Below are positions 56,246 to 64,000 of a DNA stretch of 64,000 bases, piece by piece. A model generated the notes under the pieces. That model did no database searches and was not told the origin of the DNA. It saw only the letters and a program-made list of their open reading frames with translations. This DNA is from Limisphaerales bacterium (GTDB taxonomy: Bacteria > Verrucomicrobiota > Verrucomicrobiia > Limisphaerales > SXQI01), in the NCBI GenBank assembly GCA_044226545.1, contig JBGAGW010000001.1, positions 199,844 to 263,843 on the forward strand, read 5' to 3'. Within the stretch, counting starts at the first letter, position 1. Each line of letters starts with the position of its first letter. The translations under genes were made by a program, and so were the position numbers.

Positions 56246-57616
56246 TCAGGCGACGAATTCGCGTGGATCGGTGATGCGTCCGTTGATCGCGCTGGCAGCA
56301 ACCGTTGCCGGTGAAGCGAGGAACACTTGCGACTCCTTATGGCCCATGCGACCCGGAAAATTCCGGTTGGTCGCGCTGATACATTTTAGCGGGACGTTCA
56401 TGCGACCGAAGGTATCGACGGGTCCTCCGAGACACGCCGCGCAACCGGCATTCTCAGTCATTTGCACACCGGCATCCACGAGGATATCCCAGACTGTTTT
56501 GTCGCCCCAACGGGAGCTTTGCAAATCGTGAACGATCTCCGGAGTCGCGGGGACGCCGAAGGTGTCGATGCTCACGCGCCGGCCCTTCAAGACCCGTGCG
56601 AATTCAAGGAAATCGCTGGTCTTTCCTCCCGTGCACGACCCGATGTAAGCGCGGTCGAGCTTGATGGAGTTCAGTTCCTTAGCCAGCTTACGATTACCCG
56701 GATCGGGATGACAGGCGACAGTGGGCTCGAGCTTCGAGAGGTCAACGGTGAGGTCGTAAATGAACTTCTCTTCCCGATCGCGCTCGACAGGTTCGTAGTT
56801 GCTCTTCGTGCCGTTTAATTTGCATCGATAATCGACGAAGGCTTTGGTCTGAGCGTCGAATTCGAAAATTCCATTCTTGCCACCGGCTTCGATCGCCATG
56901 TTCGCGATGGTCATGCGGTCATCCATCGAAAGGCTCGATGCGCCTGGACCATCGAACTGCATCGCCCGATAGGTCGCGCCATCGAAGCCAATCTGCCCGA
57001 TCACATGAAGAATGATATCTTTCGCCATGACGCCGGGTTGAAGCTGACCTTCGAGGCGGAAATGCATCGTCTCGGGAACCTTCAGCAGAAGCTTGCCAGT
57101 GCCCATGACGAAGCCCGCGTCGGTATTGCCGATTCCTGTGGCAAATTCATTGAAAGCACCCGCCATGCAAGTATGCGAATCAGTGCCGAAAAGAATCTCG
57201 CCGGGTCGCGTATGGCCCTTTTGCGGCAAGGCAGTATGGCAAACGCCCGCAAATTGGGAGCCATATTGCTTCTTCAACGCGCCTTTGGTCGGATCGAAAA
57301 CCCAGTGACCGTTCGGGTCATCAATCACGTCGTAGAAATACGGAAGCTGCTGTTCCCTGGCGAAATCCCGAAGAATATCGACGTTCCGGTTGGATTTGGA
57401 ATCTGCGGTGAAAATGTAGTGGTCCGGAATGATGACCACTTTGTTTCGGTCCCAAACCTTCGCATTTTTGCCGAATTCGCGCTTGAAAACACCGATGGTT
57501 CCAGGACCGCACACGTCGTGCGTCATGAGAACATCCGCTTTGACCCAGACATTCTCACCGGCGGAGACCTTCGCCTTGCCGGCTGCTCGCGCCAAAATTT
57601 TCTCCGTCAACGTCAT
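56246..57616 (-). CDS. leuC: 3-isopropylmalate dehydratase / homoaconitase large subunit (aconitase family)
   Basis: 'MTLTEKILARAAGK...VLMTHDVCGP...IIPDHY...GVCHTALPQKGHTRPG...GTDSHTCMAGAF...GSCTGG'. ATG at 57616. Confidence 0.85.
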   Translation of the reverse strand: MTLTEKILARAAGKAKVSAGENVWVKADVLMTHDVCGPGTIGVFKREFGKNAKVWDRNKVVIIPDHYIFTADSKSNRNVDILRDFAREQQLPYFYDVIDDPNGHWVFDPTKGALKKQYGSQFAGVCHTALPQKGHTRPGEILFGTDSHTCMAGAFNEFATGIGNTDAGFVMGTGKLLLKVPETMHFRLEGQLQPGVMAKDIILHVIGQIGFDGATYRAMQFDGPGASSLSMDDRMTIANMAIEAGGKNGIFEFDAQTKAFVDYRCKLNGTKSNYEPVERDREEKFIYDLTVDLSKLEPTVACHPDPGNRKLAKELNSIKLDRAYIGSCTGGKTSDFLEFARVLKGRRVSIDTFGVPATPEIVHDLQSSRWGDKTVWDILVDAGVQMTENAGCAACLGGPVDTFGRMNVPLKCISATNRNFPGRMGHKESQVFLASPATVAASAINGRITDPREFVA

Positions 57617-57786
57617 AAAAACAGACCGACAATGTATGCATGCAGTGGGTATGGTGCAACTTCGCAAATAGTAACTTGACGATCCCATCTAGGGATTTGA
57701 GCGCGCAGGATGTCCGGTGCGCTCACTGGCAGCACGCGAAGTTTTGTTCCACAATGAATCGGCGCTGAGCCACACTGCAAGATCAC

Positions 57787-58653
57787 ATGGTTGACATTGG
57801 GAAACGCAATCTCCTGACAATAGTGCGGGAGGCCTCGCCCGGCCTGTATCTTGATGGCGGCGAACTCGGTGAGATTTTGCTGCCGCACCGCTACGTTCCG
57901 AAAAACGCTGCACCGGGCGGGCGGCTGGACGTGTTCGTTTATTTCGATTCAGAGGATCGCATTGTGGCCACAACGGAGAATCCGCGAGCCTGTGTGGGAG
58001 GTTTCGCCTGCCTGAAGGTGATCGGGATGAACCGCAACATTGGGACGTTTTTGGATTGGGGGCTGCCAAAAGATCTACTTTTGCCCTTCAACGAGCAGTT
58101 GCGCCCGCTCCGCAGAGGCGAGGAGGTGGTTGTGGCGGTTTACCTCGACCCGCGAAGTGAAAGGATCGCGGCGAGCATGCGTCTTAAGCGCCACCTCAGC
58201 CGATGCCCACCGCTCTATGCTGCGGGTCAGGCGGTTTCGTTGCTGATCGCGGAGGAAACTACTCTCGGTTACAACGCCATTATCGAAAGCGCGCACATGG
58301 GCCTGCTTTATCGCGACAGCGTGGCGGTCCCGCTTCATGTCGGCCAGACGATCAAAGGTTTCGTCCGCGCGATACGTCCCGAAGGCAAGATCGATTTGAG
58401 CCTCGACCAGGCCGGATACAAGCGCGTAGCTCCGTTGAAACAACAGATAATCCAGGCACTCGAAGCGAACGGAGGCCGGCTCGATTTCGATGACTCGACT
58501 TCTCCTGAAGTAATTCGCGAGAAGTTCGGCGTGAGCAAAAAAGCGTTCAAACAAGCCCTCGGTGCTCTTTATAAAGCACGCCGAATCGAATTTACACGTC
58601 CGGGAATCGCACTATTGGACAATAGCACCTGGACTCCACGATTCGGATCATGA
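57787..58653 (+). CDS. S1-like RNA-binding protein, CvfB/YitL family
   Basis: 'LLTIVREASPGLYLDGGELGEILLPHRYVP...GTFLDWGLPKDLLLPFNEQ'. Confidence 0.75.
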   Translation: MVDIGKRNLLTIVREASPGLYLDGGELGEILLPHRYVPKNAAPGGRLDVFVYFDSEDRIVATTENPRACVGGFACLKVIGMNRNIGTFLDWGLPKDLLLPFNEQLRPLRRGEEVVVAVYLDPRSERIAASMRLKRHLSRCPPLYAAGQAVSLLIAEETTLGYNAIIESAHMGLLYRDSVAVPLHVGQTIKGFVRAIRPEGKIDLSLDQAGYKRVAPLKQQIIQALEANGGRLDFDDSTSPEVIREKFGVSKKAFKQALGALYKARRIEFTRPGIALLDNSTWTPRFGS

Positions 58654-58755
58654 CGGAGTTGAGGTGTCCGCATGGTGGTCACTTTCGATTGGGAATTAAA
58701 CAACTGCCGGCGGGCCAAAGCTTGGTCCAATTAGGATTGAAGGAAGAGAGGCCGG

Positions 58756-59058
58756 TTAACAACTCTCACCGAGCTGCTTCAGTAATTCGAACGAAAAAAG
58801 ACCCGTAGAATGGCCATCCGCCCAAATGGGGTTAAGCGCATAGCCGCCGACGTTATTCAATCGAACGAGTTGAAAGTCCTTACCACCCAGTTGCCGATCG
58901 GGACCTTTGTAGACGTTGCCCAGAACGTCCGTCTCGCCGTGACAGGAGGCGCAGGGGCAATTCCGGCGCATCTTCTCGAGCGAGATGAAACTTTCGGTGC
59001 CGTCGTCCCACTTGATCGCCAGTTCGTCGCCGATCTGTTGGATATTCTCAGGTCGCAT
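58756..59058 (-). CDS. DUF971 domain protein
   Basis: 'LAIKWDDGTESFISLEKMRRNCPCASCHGE...IWADGHSTGLFSFELL'. Confidence 0.8.
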   Translation of the reverse strand: MRPENIQQIGDELAIKWDDGTESFISLEKMRRNCPCASCHGETDVLGNVYKGPDRQLGGKDFQLVRLNNVGGYALNPIWADGHSTGLFSFELLKQLGESC

Positions 59059-59069
59059 GTTGCAAGTTT

Positions 59070-61760
59070 TCAGGTTGCATGCTGCAAACCCTGTCCCTGG
59101 CCGTCCGCGCCTTCACCATCCAGATCGATCAAAATGTCGCGAGGCTCCGCACCTTTGCTCGGGCCGACGATGCCGCGGCGCTCGAGTTCATCCATAATGC
59201 GGGCGGCGCGCGTGTAACCGAGACGGAGGCGACGTTGCATCAGTGAAACGCTGGCTTTCTGTTCGCTGCGGATGACTTCGATGCATTGCTCGATGAGGCT
59301 TTCGTCTTCATCGCAACCTTCGTCATTATCACCGATCGTCGAGACCGGTTTTGAGAGCTGCTGATGAATTTCAACTTCGTAGCTGGGTTTGCCCTGTTTC
59401 GCAATCGAGTCAACGATGCCCTGGATTTCCTGGTCGGTGATGAGCACGCCTTGCGCGCGATTGAGCTTCGCGGAGCCAGGCGGCAGGTAAAGCATGTCGC
59501 CTTTGCCGAGGAGTTTGTCGGCACCCATCGCGTCGAGAATCGTGCGCGAATCGACTTTCGCGGCGACCTGAAAGGCGATACGAGCGGGAATATTCGCTTT
59601 GATGACGCCAGTAATGACGTCCACACTCGGACGCTGCGTCGCGACGATGCAATGAATTCCCGCGGCGCGCGCCATCTGAGTGATGCGGGCGATGGCCATT
59701 TCGACATCCGCCGGTGCCACCAGCATCAGGTCCGCCAACTCGTCGATGATCACCACGACATAGCTGAGCTTTTCCGGAACGACGATGTCGTCTTCGCGCG
59801 GCACAACAATTTCTTCATCCAGTTCGACTGCAAATCCGTCTGCATTGGGTTCAACTTTTTCCCGTTTCGCGGTCAGCAGTAATTCCTGCTGCGACTTCTC
59901 TTCCGGCGGCTTGTTCTTCGGGCGTTCGTTGAAAGACTTAATATTGCGCACGCCGACCTTCGCGAAAATCTGGTAGCGCTTTTCCATTTCAGTAACGACC
60001 CAGCGCAACGCGAGCACGACTTTCTTCGGATCGGTCACGACCGGCACGACGAGGTGCGGGAGACTGTTATACTGCTGCAACTCGACGACTTTCGGATCGA
60101 TCATGACGAAACGAAGCTGGTCTGGAGAAAATTTGTAGAGCAATGAGGCGATGATGGAGTTGATGCAAACCGATTTACCCGAACCGGTGCTGCCGGCGAT
60201 GAGAAGATGCGGCATTTCCGCCAGATCGCCGATGATCGGGTGGCCATAAACATCCTTGCCGAGGGCGAGCGGGATGCGTGCTTTGCTGTTGTGCCACTCC
60301 TCTGATTCGAGGAGATCGCGCATGATCACTTTGGTTTTGACTGCATTCGGCACTTCCACACCGACTGAGCTTTTGCCCGGAACCGGCGCGAGAATGTTGA
60401 TGCGTTCGGCTTTCAAGGCCGCAGCGATGTTGTTGCCCAGTGCGGTAATTTTTTCGAGGCGAACACCAGGCGCGGGATGCAGCTCGTAACGGGTGATCGT
60501 CGGACCTTTGGTGATATCGCCCAGAGAAACTTCGATTTGGAACTGCGCGAGCGTGTTCTGCATCAAGCGCGCATTCGCCATCAGCTCTTCTTTGGATTCT
60601 GTCGGCTTGACGTTCGGATCGGGATGGTTGAGCAGCGTGAGCGGCGGCAGTTGATAGTTACCGATGAGCGGTGTGGACGCCACGGTGATCGGTTTGGCTT
60701 TTTTGGTGATGATTTTCGGTTTTGGAGACGCAGCCGCTGCGTTCAACGCCGCTATCTCTCCTTCGGTTTCGTCCGAACCTTTGGGTTTTTCCGGCGCCGT
60801 CTTGCCGAGAACATCGTCCTTCGTGGCCGCCGCAATTTCTTTGGCGCTGATAACTTCGCCTTCGATTTCAGGCGGTGCTTCAGCAGGCGCTTCAAACGGA
60901 TTCGCCTTGGCCTTCTGAGGCTTAGCGGCGGCCGCCGCTTTGCTATGGGTGATGCTTAAATCGCGCACCGCCGGTTCAGGGACTGGCTGGAGATCAGCCC
61001 CCAACTTTGGACCATCGGCCGTCTCGATTGGTTCGTCTTTATCAAGTTGTTGCTGAAGTTTTTTCGCCTCCTTCGCCAATTCCTTCGCGCGCTTCTCCAG
61101 AGCCTTCTCCTGATCCACCGCGTCTTTTTCCTGGAAAAGCTGCTGTGCTGCCGCGCGCCTGGCCATTTGCTCTTCCCAGCGTTCACGGAGCCAATTGCCG
61201 AGGCGGAAGTTGGTGAGATAGAGAAGGCTCACGGTGTAAACAGTGACGAAAACCAAATTTGCGCCGAATTTTCCGAAGTGATGAAAGACGGCACGATTCA
61301 TCATGTTACCGATGATTCCACCAGCGGGTGAAATGATTCCCGGCAAAAGATGACCTCTCAGCCATTCCTCATTGAGATCAAAGAACCCCATGAACACGAA
61401 GACCAGCACCGCGGACCAAAGCCAGCGTCGCTGCAGATAGGTGAGAAATGAGAGCAAGTACCCCAGGCTCAAGAACAAAAGAACCACTGGAAGGAGGTAG
61501 GCCGCTGCGCCGAAAATCAAGAAGAGCCAATGCGCCCCATGCGCCCCAACCGCGCCGATCCAGTTCTTCACCTCTTTATTCGCCGGAACAGCGTCGATTC
61601 CGAAATCTCTGCCATCGTAGCTGTAAAGTGCGATCAGGACGATGACGGAAAGAGCGAAGAAAATGACACCGAGAATGTCATTCCGTCCGTGCCCTTCAGT
61701 CGAATCCGAAGCTGCTTTGCGAGCCATCTGAGTATGGTGGGAGAACTCGTGCCGAAACAC
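59070..61760 (-). CDS. ftsK: DNA translocase FtsK
   Basis: N-terminal TM domain, Pro/Ala/Lys-rich linker, motor segment 'MPHLLIAGSTGSGKSVCIN...VVIIDELADLM', and gamma domain 'ASVSLMQRRLRLGYTRAARIMDELE'. The start may instead be the downstream ATG (MARKAAS). Confidence 0.93.
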   Translation of the reverse strand: MFRHEFSHHTQMARKAASDSTEGHGRNDILGVIFFALSVIVLIALYSYDGRDFGIDAVPANKEVKNWIGAVGAHGAHWLFLIFGAAAYLLPVVLLFLSLGYLLSFLTYLQRRWLWSAVLVFVFMGFFDLNEEWLRGHLLPGIISPAGGIIGNMMNRAVFHHFGKFGANLVFVTVYTVSLLYLTNFRLGNWLRERWEEQMARRAAAQQLFQEKDAVDQEKALEKRAKELAKEAKKLQQQLDKDEPIETADGPKLGADLQPVPEPAVRDLSITHSKAAAAAKPQKAKANPFEAPAEAPPEIEGEVISAKEIAAATKDDVLGKTAPEKPKGSDETEGEIAALNAAAASPKPKIITKKAKPITVASTPLIGNYQLPPLTLLNHPDPNVKPTESKEELMANARLMQNTLAQFQIEVSLGDITKGPTITRYELHPAPGVRLEKITALGNNIAAALKAERINILAPVPGKSSVGVEVPNAVKTKVIMRDLLESEEWHNSKARIPLALGKDVYGHPIIGDLAEMPHLLIAGSTGSGKSVCINSIIASLLYKFSPDQLRFVMIDPKVVELQQYNSLPHLVVPVVTDPKKVVLALRWVVTEMEKRYQIFAKVGVRNIKSFNERPKNKPPEEKSQQELLLTAKREKVEPNADGFAVELDEEIVVPREDDIVVPEKLSYVVVIIDELADLMLVAPADVEMAIARITQMARAAGIHCIVATQRPSVDVITGVIKANIPARIAFQVAAKVDSRTILDAMGADKLLGKGDMLYLPPGSAKLNRAQGVLITDQEIQGIVDSIAKQGKPSYEVEIHQQLSKPVSTIGDNDEGCDEDESLIEQCIEVIRSEQKASVSLMQRRLRLGYTRAARIMDELERRGIVGPSKGAEPRDILIDLDGEGADGQGQGLQHAT

Positions 61761-61819
61761 AAATCAAAAGGCAGGCCTGTGTTCGTCCCAACTGTCCCTG
61801 CGTTTCATCCAAAACGGTT

Positions 61820-61987
61820 TCAGAATTCGCGCCCCTTTCGCGCGGCCAGTTCCTTTTCGACTTCAGCGTTGGAAAGCAGGGGGAGACGCTCGTCTCTTCC
61901 TCGGCGCATGATCGCGGCCATCCGTTTCCCTCTTTCAGATTTGGGCTGCCACGGAATCTGCTTGCGGTGTTCGACTTTCTTTTTCAT
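61820..61987 (-). CDS. Hypothetical small basic protein (55 aa)
   Basis: Hand-translated 'MKKKVEHRKQIPWQPKSERGKRMAAIMRRGRDERLPLLSNAEVEKELAARKGREF'. Fills the BamB-like/ftsK gap. No obvious SD. Confidence 0.3.
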   Translation of the reverse strand: MKKKVEHRKQIPWQPKSERGKRMAAIMRRGRDERLPLLSNAEVEKELAARKGREF

Positions 61988-62005
61988 AGCCGAAAAATAA
62001 GGGAC

Positions 62006-63259
62006 TCAACGGTGGATATCGGCACAAACCAACTCTTTATCATTCCGCGCGAAAACGCGTCCATTTGCATAAGCAGGCGGAGGCCACACGACGTTTCGCC
62101 CGTTGAACGAATGTGTGGCATCCAGGAGATGGGCGCGGGCGAACTCCCGATAGCCGTCGCGGCTTAAGCGCGCGTGGATCAGATTGCCTTCGTTGGTGAA
62201 AAGGAGAACCGAATCGCCGGTGGGGGTGATGTGGATGCTGGCGCCGTTTTTCAGATCGGTGATTGTGTTCGTGGACCAAAGTTCCTTGCCGGTTGTGGCG
62301 TCGAGGCAGACTAATTCACCCGCATACTTTGCGGAATAGACGCAGCCGTTCTGCAAGAGGGCGGTCGAGGTATTGCTGAACGCTCGTTTCAGAACGGCTC
62401 GATCCTGGGGCCAAACGATTTCCGCGGCTGGCTTGTCCGCATCAAGTTTCAGCATCATTCCGCCGACGAGCAGCCAGGGATTCGAGAAGACGGGCGTCGC
62501 GATACCGAGGTCGCCGGGAGTGTTAATCGTCTCGCGCCACCAGATCTCGCCAGTATTTGGGTTGAGCGAGGTGATGCCTTGCTGGGTCCAAACGATAAGC
62601 TGCTTTTTGCCGGCAGCGTTAATGACGACCGGCGAGCTGTAGGTAAAGGTATCGTCCAGGGCCCGCCAGATTTCCTTTCCTGAGTTCTTGTCGAGAGCCA
62701 CGACACACGCACCGGGCTTGCCGCAAATATAAAGGATCAACCGTTCGCCATCGATCAGTGGGCAAGGCGTGATGCCGGAGAACTCCGCCAACTGATATTC
62801 TTTCGCCAAATCCTTCTGCCAAATGATTTCTCCGTTCGTCGCGTCAAGACAGAGGAAGAGAGCCATCGCTCCGATCGTATAAAATTTGCCGTCACGAACG
62901 ATCGGAGTCGCGCGCGGACCGCCGGCATTGGGCTCAAAGGCCCATTCCGGATAAGCCGCCAGATAAGTTCGCGACCAGAGAGGTTTCCCATCCTGCTCCG
63001 CGAAACAAAGCACGCGTTCTTCTACCTTGGGTGGAGTTATCTGAACATCGGTGACATAGACACGTCCCTTCGCCACGATGGGACTGGACCAACCACGGCC
63101 CACCGGCACGCGCCATGAGATTTTTAGTCCGTTGGGCGGAAAGGCTGGGATGGCGGTTCTTTCGTGCCAGACACCATCGCGGTTTGGCCCGCGCCATTCC
63201 GGCCAATCGTCCGCCTGAGCGCCGAAAGCGACGAGGAGCAAGACGATGACAGTCTTCAT
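62006..63259 (-). CDS. PQQ-like beta-propeller repeat protein (BamB-like), secreted
   Basis: Signal 'MKTVIVLLLVAFGAQA' and repeated 'W...G...SSP' propeller motifs. The ATG at 63257-63259 overlaps the upstream stop (ATGA). Confidence 0.75.
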   Translation of the reverse strand: MKTVIVLLLVAFGAQADDWPEWRGPNRDGVWHERTAIPAFPPNGLKISWRVPVGRGWSSPIVAKGRVYVTDVQITPPKVEERVLCFAEQDGKPLWSRTYLAAYPEWAFEPNAGGPRATPIVRDGKFYTIGAMALFLCLDATNGEIIWQKDLAKEYQLAEFSGITPCPLIDGERLILYICGKPGACVVALDKNSGKEIWRALDDTFTYSSPVVINAAGKKQLIVWTQQGITSLNPNTGEIWWRETINTPGDLGIATPVFSNPWLLVGGMMLKLDADKPAAEIVWPQDRAVLKRAFSNTSTALLQNGCVYSAKYAGELVCLDATTGKELWSTNTITDLKNGASIHITPTGDSVLLFTNEGNLIHARLSRDGYREFARAHLLDATHSFNGRNVVWPPPAYANGRVFARNDKELVCADIHR

Positions 63260-64000
63260 GATTGTTTCGATTGCTTGCGGCAAGCGGCGAGGATGGCCTT
63301 CCAGTGTTTCCGCAGGAATACAGGTTGTAGCAGCGCCTCTCGCGCGTATTTGCGACCCGCGTCCCGAAGATTGAGATCAGCCTGAATCATCATTTCGTCA
63401 CGGTTGTTGGCTAGAGCAAGCACGCGCGAATCCGGCGTGACGATTTTCGAATCACCGGCTGACCATAAATCGTCGCCCTGCGGCCCAACGGAATTCGCAA
63501 AGATGTAAAAGATCTGGTTCTCAAACGCGCGTGCCACGATTCCGTCGCGGCCGTTGCGCTTCATTTTCGAAACCGCAAGTTTGTCCAGCCCGGCGTTCGG
63601 GTGAAAAACGATTTGCGCCCCCATCATGACAGGCAATCGCACCAATTCAGGATAACGGCGTTCGTGGCAGATAATTGCCGTGCACGGAACTCGATCAATG
63701 TGAAGAAACGCCAGGGAATTTCCTGGTGAAAAGGATTCGCTGTCGCGCACCGTCAGATGAATTTTGCTGTAACGGAATGTTACGCGTCCGCGCCGATCAA
63801 AAACGAGGAGCGAGTTCAAGCGCTTTCCTCTCGCGAAGGTGGGACTTCCAACAAGGACATTGCAACGGTTTGTTCGCGCTGCATCACCGATTGCCTCCAG
63901 CGCGGATTTGGTCTCCTGCTTTTTGATGGCGTTGAAATCGACATTATACCCGGTGACGGCGCATTCGGGGAACAGGATCGCATCGCAGTTCGTCCGCGCA
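63256..64000 (-). CDS. Carbon-nitrogen hydrolase (nitrilase superfamily) protein, 5' end beyond the window
   Basis: Hand translation upstream of the listed ORF gives 'AILFPECAVTGYNV...'. Then 'VFDRRGRVTFRYSKIHL' and 'PCTAIICHERRYPEL' supply the Glu/Lys/Cys triad context. Confidence 0.8.
   Translation of the reverse strand, partial: ARTNCDAILFPECAVTGYNVDFNAIKKQETKSALEAIGDAARTNRCNVLVGSPTFARGKRLNSLLVFDRRGRVTFRYSKIHLTVRDSESFSPGNSLAFLHIDRVPCTAIICHERRYPELVRLPVMMGAQIVFHPNAGLDKLAVSKMKRNGRDGIVARAFENQIFYIFANSVGPQGDDLWSAGDSKIVTPDSRVLALANNRDEMMIQADLNLRDAGRKYAREALLQPVFLRKHWKAILAACRKQSKQS

Overview
This 64-kb chromosomal window is most likely from a PVC-superphylum bacterium (Verrucomicrobiota/Planctomycetota-like). 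That inference rests on a PSCyt/WD40 + DUF1549/DUF1553 + DUF1501 gene cluster, many GC-rich antisense 'shadow' ORFs, and REP-like hairpin repeats. Most of the window is housekeeping: uppS, purA, lptF/G-family permease, metH, lysS, lpxD, panD, rpmG-rpsR, leuC-like and ftsK. It also holds sensory proteins (a 2xGAF histidine kinase, an REC-PAS-HisKA_3 kinase, a FecR + CHASE2 adenylate cyclase pair and an ECF sigma fusion) and four small toxin-antitoxin-like pairs. The clearly accessory part is 40.1-46.4 kb. There a type I R-M locus has decayed to an internally deleted hsdM stub and a frameshifted hsdR C-terminal stub. REP/MITE-like repeats riddle its 5' end, and an rve-type IS element abuts it. 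Between the two stubs, on the opposite strand, sits a tightly coupled three-gene operon (two ATGA stop/start overlaps). It encodes a Dam-family (D12 class) adenine methyltransferase, a ParB/Srx N-terminal-domain + HTH protein, and a phosphoribosyltransferase-like protein. I do not recognise this combination as a named defence or R-M system, so it is the top candidate for something new. Secondary points of interest are an IS200-like/RAYT gene bracketed by ~58-bp inverted REP-like elements, an adjacent low-GC orphan minimal class III nucleotide cyclase, a frame-broken CotH gene, a terminator-like hairpin in the purA leader, and a LysRS with a ~130-aa C-terminal extension. No rRNA, tRNA or CRISPR array was recognised. 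All domain calls come from motif recognition by eye, not database searches.
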